Assembly: GCF_006345805.1 (NCBI RefSeq)
Contig: NC_042997.1
Span: 156,178,001 to 156,242,000, forward strand
DNA: 64,000 bases
Direction: 5' to 3'
DNA from: Octopus sinensis
Taxonomy: Eukaryota
Shown here: one piece after another, positions 26,594 through 36,968 of the stretch
Layout: every line of letters begins with the position of its first letter
How positions within the stretch are numbered: the first letter of the stretch is position 1
Position numbers and translations under genes: made by a program
The notes under the pieces: model-generated
The model's database searches: none
Seen by the model: the letters and a program-made list of their open reading frames with translations, nothing else
What the model was told of the DNA's origin: nothing

Positions 26594-26892
26594 ATGAGAT
26601 TCATGATGCCCCCTTGTCAGAAATAGACTGGACCAAGTGATTATAAATAGTAGCAGTTGGAGCGAAGTTTGTGTTAGTTTGAGTTCAGTTCACAGTGAAG
26701 TCAGAAGGTGTCGGTTGATTAGTTCATTTAGAGTATTGATTGTTGGTTCGTGAAGAGATTGTTGGAGCATTACGTTTTTATTACGGATGCATCATTATCT
26801 TGTTTACTGTTACTACACTGCTACAGTGTACCTTAACCATCTATCACAATACTGTAGTAGTACTAGGACATTTGGAGATGGAAGACACAACA
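26594..26892 (+). repeat. 5' LTR (U3 start missing)
   Basis: Colinear with the 3' LTR; ends ...acacaaca. Confidence 0.8.
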
Positions 26893-29613
26893 TTTGACAA
26901 TGAAGGTTTTGAAGCTCATGTAGGTTATTTAACAATTTGTTCGTGATACAACTTGTTAAATGATGTAAGACCTATTAGCTTCTGTAAGACAGTTACAAAA
27001 GCAACAACAAGAACAGCAACAGAATTTTACAGAAGCAACTAGTACAGCAATAACTACAAAAACAACAATTATTGGAGCTTTATGCAAAGAAGTTTGAAAA
27101 TGCGGTAAGTTCGTTTTTGCCAGACTGTGTATCAAACTCCATAAGAGAATTCAGTTATAACTTAGAGGAGGGTATAACTTTTGCAGCATACTACAGAAGA
27201 TACGAGGAGATTTTTAAAGAAGATTGCAAAACATGGTCAGACAAAGGAAAAATAAGGTTATTATTATGTAAATTAACTCCATCTGAGCATTTGCGATACT
27301 GTAATTTCATATTGCTCAAAAGTTTTGTGAAATTTGTTTTCAGGAAACAATCAAATTACTGACTAACATGTTCGGTAATAAAACTTCTCTATTAACACTT
27401 GAATAGATTGTTGGAATTTAACTAAAAAAAAGAATGATGTCTTTGTTACGTGTGCAGGAAGAGTCAGCAGAATGCGTGAAAGTTTTAAACTTAAAGAACT
27501 TACTCCTGAGATGTTTAAGTGCCTCGTTTTTGTACAAGGCCTTACAGCAAATGAAGATACAGAAATGTGGCAGAAGGGTGTCAAAGAATGGTGAACCTGA
27601 AACACGATGTAAGAAAAATTCAAGAAAAGGATTTCACAAAAATACGGATATGTCGACCAAGAAAGTATAACCAAAGAATATTGCTAGGTCCTAATCCATG
27701 TTTTGAATGTGGAGGCCTATTTGTCCGAAAAGATTGTTTTTTTAAAAACCCAAAATGTTACACTTGTCAAAAATTTGGACACAAAAAAGTTCACACTGCA
27801 GAACAAAAGTATGAAGGTCAAATGTAAAAAATTCTAAAGTGCTCTCAGCAGAAAGTAAAATTGACTCCCAAATGAGGAAATTTGCACATGTAAAAGTAAA
27901 TGGAGTAAATATTAAATTACAACTGGATACTAGTAGAGATATTTCGACATCATTCCACATTTCAATCACAAAGTATAGTTTGTCACACATCATGTCATCT
28001 GCAGTTGTCACCCTTTTACTTAACATAGGTTTCACTATTTTCTGGCATGTGAGGGTGTTAATGATTTTTATTTCTTTATTGCCCATAGGGGGCTAAACAT
28101 AGGGGAGATAAACAAGAACAGACAAAGGGATTAAGTTAATTACACTGGGGTTGATGCAACTGACTTAATCCCTTTGTCTGTCCTGTGGAATGGTGTCACA
28201 TATTGAGGAAAAACTTGCAAGGCAAAAGTTTTCATCATAAAGAACACAACCAATCTGTTTGGTACCAACTGGTTGGAGTTATTTGACTTATGGAATGTCC
28301 CAATAACCCAGTACTGTAAAAAATTAAATGACTGCCCCACCAGTGATAAGAACTCAGCAGTTGAATTGAAAAAAAAATTAATTAAAAGTGTTATATGTAA
28401 TGTTATTCATGAACTGCCAGTGACAGCACATAATATAAAATTACATTACAAGAATGAAAGAAATGTTGAAAAATAAGCAAAATAAAAATAAAAATTCGAA
28501 TAATCTTTCATTGTGCGACGATGTTTTAATATACATGCAAAGAATGGTAATACCAACTGCACTACAGAAATGAGATTTGCAGGAATTCCACAGTGGACAC
28601 CTGGGAATGTTGAGAAAGAAAGCCTTAATGAGGAGCTATGTACATTGGCCGACAATGGACAGGGACATTGAAAATTGTGAAAAATCATGTAGAGGTTGTG
28701 CACTAGTAGCCAAAGCATCACTGATGAAATACCAACTGTGGCCTGAGACGGATAGTCCATGGTCCAGGGTACACATCAACTATGCAGGACTGTTGAACAG
28801 CACATACTACCTAATCATTGTTGATAGCAGTTCAAAACGGTCAGAGGTATGCAGGTGCAATAAACCAACTGCAAAGACAACAATAAAGTTCCTGTATGAA
28901 TTATTTGCCTAATACGGTGTTCCAGACACATTGGTATCAGATAACAGAACACAATTTACGGGTAGTGAATTCAAAAATTTCTGCAAAATACATGCAATAA
29001 AGCATATTTTTTACTCTGCCCTACCACCCAAGGTCAAATGGACAGGTAGAAAGATTCATTGATACTTTCAAGCAAGCGTTAAAACAGCAAGGAATGACAT
29101 AGGGAATGACAAAATGTTAACAAAATTCTTGAGGGTATATAGAGTAATGCCCAATCTAAATATAAGTTCAGGAAAGTCTCTGGCAGAGCTAATGTTTACG
29201 TGAAAACTAAAATCGATCTTTGATAAATTATTGTCAAGGAAAAATATATTTTAAGGAAATACAGAAGAGGCAACAAAACATTTTGAAGTAGGAGATAAAG
29301 TTCATTTTAAAATTTACAAAAATGGTAAAGAGGGCTAGGAGGATGGTTTTGTATCTAAAAGATTGGGAAACATGATGTATGTAATTAAAGGACGATATTG
29401 GGAACATAAGAGACACCTAAACTAATTAAAGACGAGACATACTGAAAAATGAAAAGGAATACCAATGGAAATCTGCTATGACATGTTTGAGGTGCCAACA
29501 CTGAAAGAGATTGAGCTTTTTAGAAGCAGCAGTAGAAAAAAGAAACAGACCATACACTTAGAAATAATACCAAAACAAAAAAGATATTAAATTTAAAAAG
29601 AGAGAGGGAGAGG

Positions 29614-29990
29614 TGCTGGAGAAATAAAAAATAAAATAAATTTCGCTTATTATGGAAGTCAAAATCTCAAAAGAGGTGATGTTGGGATGAGAGTCATGAC
29701 ACCCCTTGCGAGAAATATACTGGACTGAGCAATTATAAATAATGGCGGTCAGAGTGAAGTTTGTATGTTAGTTCAAGTTGAGTTCACAGTGAAGTCAGAA
29801 GTTAGAAGGTGTCAGTTGGTTAGTTCGTTTGGAATATTGATTGTTGGTTCATGGAGAGATTGTTAGATTATTATGTTGTTATTGCAGCTGCATTGTTATA
29901 TTGTTTACTGTTACTACACTGGTACAGTGTATTTAAACCATCTGTCACAATATTGTGGCAGTACCACATTTGAAGACGGAGGGCACAACA
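29614..29990 (+). repeat. 3' LTR
   Basis: TG...CA termini; follows the polypurine tract. Confidence 0.85.
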
Positions 29991-30559
29991 CTACAAAACA
30001 ATCTTCTGCACAAATCCCAAACTAGATTTGCCGATGGGGTAAGGTTCCAGCCAGAGAAATGATATGGTGGTGAAATAGTAGAGTAAATAGTGCCATGAAA
30101 GCTAAAAGTGGGGTCCGGAAAAATTAGAAGAATGAAGTGGATTGGTCTGTAGGAGTCTGGTGCTGGTGTCATGTAAAAAAGCATTTGTGCTGGTGCCATA
30201 TTAAAAGTATACAGCACGCACTGTAAAAGTGGTTGGCATTAGGAAGAATGTAGAAACTAAGCCAAATCAGATTGGAACACCTGGTGCAGTTTTCTGGCTT
30301 GCCGGCTCTGGTCAAACTGTCCAACCCATGCCAGCAGGGAAAACAGATGTTAAATGATGATGATGATGAGGAGGAGGAGGAGGGGGAGGACGACGACGAC
30401 GACGACGAAGCAGCAAGGAACAATATCAGGTAGCTACAAAGGAAGCTAGATGTCAAGTATACTTAGCAAAGGGCGAAGTGGAAAGTAACAGGTCTGCTAA
30501 TGTTTAGCGATATGAGGATTTATAGGTGTGAGATATTCTAGATTGCAAAGAAGAGTATC

Positions 30560-31290
30560 GGTGTGAATCATGACATCATTGCTGAATAGTGTGCATGTAG
30601 TGGTAGTGGCACACTTGACCTTGGCGATGCCAAGCAGAAAGGGCCTGGAAATGTTATTATGAGAAGTTGGTGAATGAAGAGCCCTGGTAAATCCAACAGA
30701 AGGATCAGCTATTGAATTTGACAACCACGAAGTTAAAAAAGTGATTAAGAATATGAAGGCAGAGAAAGCAGTTGCATCATTAGGAACACATGCCTGGTTA
30801 AGTAGGACATAGAGAGATGCCAGGGAGATGGCCGATAGAATAGCATTGTGACCAACTGTTACAAAGGCAAAGGAGACCCTCTAAAAAGAAGCAGTTAGAG
30901 AAGCACCTAATTGTTGGACAAGGTTATAAAAGTAACAGAGTTTTAATTGATTAGGAAGAGAATTAGCTTAGATGAGATGCAGTTCAGGTTTGACCAGAAA
31001 AGGCTATCACTGATGACCTCTTCGTAGTGAAACAACTGAAGTTCTTAGCTAAGAGTAAACTACTAAACATAATATTAATTGACCCAGAGGGGCTCTTTGA
31101 CAGGATATCAATTCTGTACTTGGGGGTTGCTAAGGAAACCAAATGTAGATGAATGACTTTCAAAAGCCATGCAATCATATACAGAGATACCATCAACAAA
31201 GTGAGAGTTAATTATGAGTTCAGCAAAGATTTTAGAATGTAGGTAGGCGTCCATCAGGGCTCAGTTCTCAAATGCTTTCTGTTTATTATA
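30560..31290 (+). mobile_element. Decayed RTE LINE RT fragment
   Basis: LDEMQFRFDQKRLSLMT, YLIDPEGLFDR, VGVHQGSVL remnants. Confidence 0.7.
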
Positions 31291-31530
31291 GTTTTCTAAG
31301 CCATAATAGGGAAGTGTAAGATTGACTGAAAACAAATAAAAGACAGAATGCCCTGCAAGATATGTAATGTTAGTGTGCATGAATAATAGGGCACAAATGT
31401 ACTGATAAAATGAATGAGTATAAGAGAAATCTAATGTAGTGTGCAAAAAAGAAGTCTTTATTGGTACTGATGTGTGATTCATGTGGAATATGATAGTTAG
31501 GTAAAGAAGTATCATGCAATCTAAATGGAA
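31252..31530 (+). repeat. ~280-bp dispersed direct repeat (second copy 39443-39715)
   Basis: Colinear alignment by eye, roughly 80% identical; begins with RTE QGSVL sequence. Confidence 0.85.
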
Positions 31531-32361
31531 TGATCATGCAGAAGAGGAAAACTGACAAAAGGGGAATAAGACATGAGAAGAAATAGTGAAAATTGATCTT
31601 AAGAGGCTGAGTCTTATGAAAGCGATGGCAAATAATCCCAACATGTGACGAGATGTTGTACTAATGCAGACCTATCCAACCCATATAAACACGAAAAGTA
31701 GATGTAAAATGATGACGACAGCAACAATTATGATAAGGATGTTGGCAATGATCATAGCAATGATGATGATGATGATGATGATGATGATGGCAACAACAGT
31801 GGTTTTGTATCAGAGTGCATTCTATCTGAATTTGAGCTTCTTATTTTTCATAAACAATAATATTGTTTATAAGAAGTATACAGTCAATAGAGGTAAGCGT
31901 TAGGTTAGATTACTGGATGAAAAGTAGAGTTAAACAGAGTTAAGTTAAAATTAAGGACATTCATTGAATGGAATTATGAAACATTGTTGTTGTGGTTCTT
32001 GTGTAATCAATATGAGCTTTGCCTGAACAGGCCTATAAAATGAAGGTAGATAGTGCATGCCTTAATTTGGTCCAGGATCAGTAACACTTATATTAAGTGA
32101 TATAGATATTTGCTATAGACCTACAAATGTCAAGAAATAATGGTTTCAAAATTGTAATTACTGTAATTATGTAATTATCACCTAATTATAATGTTCAGTA
32201 TACTCTATTTCAGTATCTAATGTATGTCAATTTCTGTGATAGAGTGTTTGGTTGTTTGTGATACAGGGTGAAAGTCAAAGTACATTTTATCCTTGCCCTG
32301 GGAATAAATTACTCTTAGATATATCATCTGCATAGAAAAAAAAACAATAGTTAAATTAATA

Positions 32362-32770
32362 TCTATATATATAAAACTGAGAATGTGTGTGTGTGTGTGG
32401 TGTGTGTGTGTGTGTGTGTCTGTCTGTCTTTGCGAATCCCTAAAACTTGAGAACTACACAACCAATTTCATTCAAATTTTACACATGCCTTACTTAGGGT
32501 CCATGGAGTGTCATGGGGAAAAAAATTGTTAACTTCTTGCCTAGGGTGAGCCCATAGCAATATCATATCTTCTCCACAATGAATCTCTAAAACTTGAGAA
32601 CTACACAACTAATTTCATTCAAATTTTACACATGCCTTACTTATGGTCCATGGAGTGTCATGGGCAGAAAAATGTTTAACTTCTTGCCTAGGGCGATCCC
32701 ACAGCAATATCTTATCTTCTCCAATATTTCAGTATTACGTGTTTAAAGTGAAACAAAAACATCTCTCTAT
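32362..32770 (+). mobile_element. Helitron-like non-autonomous element, 5' part, with an internal ~147-bp tandem repeat
   Basis: A|TCTATATATATAAAA start followed by a (TG)/(TGTC) tract; duplicated block at 32434 / 32581; no CTAG 3' end found. Confidence 0.6.
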
Positions 32771-32786
32771 TGTATGTATATGGATG

Positions 32787-32820
<34 letters not shown>

Positions 32821-33469
32821 ATATACACATGCATATATATGTATATATATATGGATGTATCTATCTATATATATATATATATACATGTATATATATAGCT
32901 GTATATGTGTACATGTATAGGTATAGCTGTATATGTATAGATGTATTTCTATAGATATACATGTATGTGTATACATGTATGTCTAGATGTATATATTTAT
33001 ATAGATGTACATGTAATATGTACACATATATACATGCATACATATATACACCCATACACACATACACCCCCCCACCTTTAACACATAAATAGGTGCAGGT
33101 GTGGCTGTGTGGTAACAAATTTGGTTCCATAACACATGGTCCTCAGTTCAGTCCCACTGTGTGGTAACTTGGCATGTGTCTTCTGCTATAGCCTCAGACC
33201 AACCAAAGCCTTGTCAGTGGATTTTGTAGCCAGAAACTGAAAGAAATCAATTGTATATATATGTATATATGTAAGTCTATGTGTGTGTCTTTGTATTTCT
33301 CCCTCATCACTGCTTTACAACTGGTGTTCGTTTATTTACATCCCCTTAACTTACTGGTTTCACAAGAAGAAACTGATAGAATAAGTACCAAGCTTATCAA
33401 AATATAAAAAAGCACTACACAGTGTCTCATATTTTTGTTTGCCCACTCAGTTGTATCTATCAATTTATC

Positions 33470-33503
<34 letters not shown>

Positions 33504-33548
33504 CATACATATATATATATATATGGATTTCGTAGACAGGAACTGAGT

Positions 33549-33830
33549 CTAGGCCAGTTTCCAGCCAGCAAGCCTCGGCCGGGCCAGCCAGCCAGACAGC
33601 AAGCAAAGGGTGGGCCAGCCAGGCATCCAAAACAGGGCCAGCCAGCCAGCCTAGGCCAATTTCCAGCCAGCAAGCCAAATCCGGGCCAGCCAGGCATCCA
33701 AAACAGGGCCAGCCAGCCAGCCTAGGCCAATTTCCAGCCAGCAAGCCAAATCCGGGCCAGCCAGGCAGCCAAGACAGGGCCAGCCAGCCAGCCAGCCTAG
33801 GCCAGTTTCCAGCCAGCAAATCAAGGCCGG

Positions 33831-33877
<47 letters not shown>

Positions 33878-34334
33878 TAGGCCAGTTTCCAGCCAGCAAG
33901 CCAAAGCTGTGCCAGCCAGGCATCCAAGACAGGGCTAGCCAGCCAGCCTAGGCCAGTTTCCAGCCACCAAATCAAATCCGGGCCAACCAGACAACTAAGG
34001 ACTGGCCAGCCAGCAAACCAAGGCCGGGCCAGCCAGGCAGCCAAAACAGGGCCAGCCAGCCAAGGCCAGTTTCCAGCCAGCAAGTCAAGTCCGGGCCAGC
34101 CAGGCAGCCAAAACAGGGCTAGCCAGCCAGCTTTGGGCAGTTTCCAGCCAGCTTTGGGCAGTTTCCAGCCACCAAGTCAAGGCCGGGCTAGCCAGGCATC
34201 TAAAACAGGGCCAGTCAGCCAGCCAGCCACCCAGCCTAGGCCAATTTCCAGCCAGCAAACCAAGGCCGGGCCAGCCAGGCATCAAAAACTGAGCTAGCCA
34301 GCCAGCCAGCCAGCCTAGGCCAGTTTCCAGCCAG
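33549..34334 (+). repeat. GC-rich 71-bp minisatellite, about 11 diverged units, built on CCAG
   Basis: ctaggccaa recurs at 33651 and 33722; unit ctaggccaatttccagccagcaagccaaatccgggccagccaggcatccaaaacagggccagccagccagc. Confidence 0.92.
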
Positions 34335-35492
34335 GAAATTATAAGGTGCAGGAGTGGCTGTGTGGTAAGTAGCTTGCTTATCAATCACATGGTTCCGGGT
34401 TCATTCCCACTGCTTTGCACCTTGGGCAAGTGTCTTCTACTGTAGCCTCGGACTGACCAAAGCCTTGTGAGTAGCTTTGGTAGATGGAAACTGAAAGAAG
34501 CCTGTTGTATATATGTATATATATATATGTATGTGTGTGTGTATGTTTGAGTCTCTTTGTCCCCCTAACATCACTTGACAACCGATGGTGGTGTGTTTAT
34601 ATCCCCGTAACCTAGTGGTTCAGTGAAAGAGACCGATAAAATAAGTACTAGGCTGCCAAAGAATAAGTCCTTGGGTCGATTTGCTCAACTAAAGGCAGTG
34701 CTCCAGTATGGCCGTAGTCAAATGACTGAAACAAGTAAAAGAGAATATTAGTAATAATTAATATGCTTAGCAAACTTCTGCTCATCTTATGCTCCAGCCC
34801 TACAACAGTCAGTCTCTCATCCATAATAGGGCCACGTCAGATGCCCAACAATATTTTGATATTTTTAAAAGTAAACAAAAGGTATGCCTTGTACACAGGC
34901 AATACAGTATATATTTCATGGGTTCTCTATTAACTCCCAGTTATCTTATAAGTTTCAAAATAACTGTAGAAGTTCTCCAGAGATATTGTGATTTGTTATC
35001 ACCTAGATGAGGTAAGGTGGCAAGCTGGCAGAAACATTAGCACGCCAGGCAAAATGCTTTGCGGTATTTTGTCTATCTTCTGAGCGAGGTTGACTTTTGC
35101 TTTTTATCCTTTTGGAGTTGATTAAATAAGTACCAGTTACACACTGGGGGTGATGAAAACGACTACCCCCCCCCACCAAATTTCAGGCTTTGTGCCTATA
35201 GTAGAAAGGATTATTAAGCTGAGGTGAAATTTGACTGTTACCCACCTGGCAGAGTCAATAAAGGAAAGTACTTGTCAAATTGTCATTGTCATCATCTATC
35301 CTAGGCTTTGATAGTCCATTGGTGACACTTCTTTTGTGCCACCAATTACTGCCTCCCCACCCCCACGCACAACTTCCATCCCTCATTCTCATCATCATCC
35401 ATTTTCACACTATTTTCACTGATTATTTCCTTTCTCAGCCTCCATACATCTCCCCTCCTTCTCCGCCATACCCCATCTTAATACCTCTTATA

Positions 35493-35727
35493 GCTATTTC
35501 TTTATTACCCACAAGGGGCTAAACATAGAGAGAACAAACAAGGACAGACATAGGTATTAAGTCGATTATATCGACCCCAGTGCGTAACTGGTACTTAATT
35601 TATCGACCCCGAAAGGATGAAAGGCAAAGTCGACCTCGGCGGAATTTGAACTCACAACGTAACGACAGATGAAATATGGCTACGCATTTCGCCCGGCGTG
35701 CTAACGTTTCTGCCAGCTCGCCGCCTC
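35493..35727 (-). mobile_element. Young SINE family B copy with 13-bp TSD
   Basis: TSD aatacctcttata at 35480-35492 and 35728-35740. Confidence 0.9.
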
Positions 35728-36350
35728 AATACCTCTTATACCTGTTGCTGTACCACACTCACTGTAGCCACCCTTATCTCCCTCTACATCTCCTGCTCAA
35801 CTCTCCCTAACCCTTGGTCATCTTTCCCTACTTCCTGACCTCTCATCCCTGAGTAACCTCTTTCTCTCTCTCGCCTTAACCACCCACCCTCACCCAAATT
35901 GATATCTCCCACCATGCTACACCTCCACCTGTTTCATCACTCACTACACTCATCTCTACCCCCACCTCTAACCATCTGTTACTCCTCCCCTCACATTCTC
36001 ATAACCACACACCCTTCTCCTTTACCCTTCTCATTCACTGACCATGTCCTCTCTTGTGCTCACTTCCTTGCTCCTGGACAGTTTATTCTGGTACTCTTTC
36101 ATTACCCTCTTTATTTTCTTCTTCTCAGTTACTCCCACCCACCCTTATGAAATGCAGAGTGACCATCTCCTCTATAGCATCTTTAGATGCTATAGACCAG
36201 TATTTCTCAACCATTTTACCCTTGCATAACCCTTAAAATAAATTACATATCTCAAGGAACCCTTGCACAAAAAAAATCATATACCTCATATCTTTTACAT
36301 ATTTTTTTCATTGCAACTCACGTGGTAAATATCATATGTATATATATATA

Positions 36351-36735
36351 CTAGCAGTATCGCCCGGCGTTGCTCAGGTTTGTAAGGGAAATAACTATAA
36401 AGCATTTTTAGAGAGTTATAGCCAAAAAATAGCAAAAAAATGGAAAAAAATGATGGTAAATTTTTTTTTGAGATTTAAAAAAGGTGGAGTTGCGTCCCCT
36501 AGACAGTTTGTGGTTCGTGTTTCTGATTCTCGACCCCATGTCGAATTTATCGATTTTTTTCAGAACTGGGGGAACTTTTCAAAATTTTCGCTGCGTTAGT
36601 TTTGAATTATGACATTGGGCTATGTGTGTGTCAAGTTTCATCAGAATCGGTTGAAAGCCGTGGTCAGGGTGAGGGTACAAGCAAACAGACACACAGAAAC
36701 ACGCACAGACAAACTGCCGTTTATATATAGAGAGA
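36351..36735 (-). mobile_element. Complete non-autonomous Helitron
   Basis: Minus strand A|TCTCTCTATATATAA ... cctgagcaacgccggg hairpin ... CTAG|T. Confidence 0.85.
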
Positions 36736-36757
36736 TATATAAGATGCAGCACAGAAT

Positions 36758-36808
36758 TTTGTCAGTGAACAGGTTGCTGTCTGAAAGCGACGAAAATATT
36801 TTGACAAA
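36758..36808 (+). ncRNA. Hammerhead-ribozyme-like motif with swapped G3-C8 core (copy 1)
   Basis: uuuguca-GUGAACA-g-GUUGC ugucugaaa GCGAC-GAAA-AUAU-U-U/-ugacaaa: 7-bp stem I, 5-bp stem II, palindromic helix III AAUAUU. Confidence 0.6.
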
Positions 36809-36888
36809 TTAAATTTAAATGTTGAAGTGAATCTAACGTTTGTTTTTGTATTTCTTAAATGGCTTATAAACACCTTCCATGCTGCAAT

Positions 36889-36931
<43 letters not shown>

Positions 36932-36932
36932 C

Positions 36933-36968
36933 CTTTCTGTGGAAGAGCATAGGCTCGAAACGTTAAAG
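36933..36968 (+). ncRNA. Minimal HHR motif with A6U core variant (Penelope-like repeat ~36930-37050)
   Basis: cuuu-CUGUGGA-a-GAGC auag GCUC-GAAA-C-G-U-U/-aaag; palindromic helix III ACGU. Confidence 0.55.

Larger units (their letters stand above)
26594..29990 (+). mobile_element. Gypsy/Ty3 LTR retrotransposon, decayed: gag (27072-27827), aspartic protease (27839-28300), integrase (28480-29250); RT and RNase H absent
   Basis: gag zinc knuckles (CFECGG..C, CYTCQKFGH); protease LQLDTSRD; integrase HSGHLGM..RSYVHWPTMDRDIE..C..C, WSRVHINYAG, LVSDNRTQF, HPRSNGQVERF; two LTRs, degenerate PBS (tttgacaatgaagg 26893) and PPT (aaaagagagagggagagg, ends 29613). Confidence 0.9.

Noticed and set aside
31008-31035. 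CTGATGA...GAAA hammerhead-like string
   Set aside because: No stem II pairing; lies inside RTE coding sequence
33549-34334. CRISPR-like array
   Set aside because: Eukaryotic context; no unique spacers between repeats
33332-34384. Overlapping W/L/A/G/P-rich ORFs
   Set aside because: Products of the 71-bp satellite; the period is not a multiple of 3
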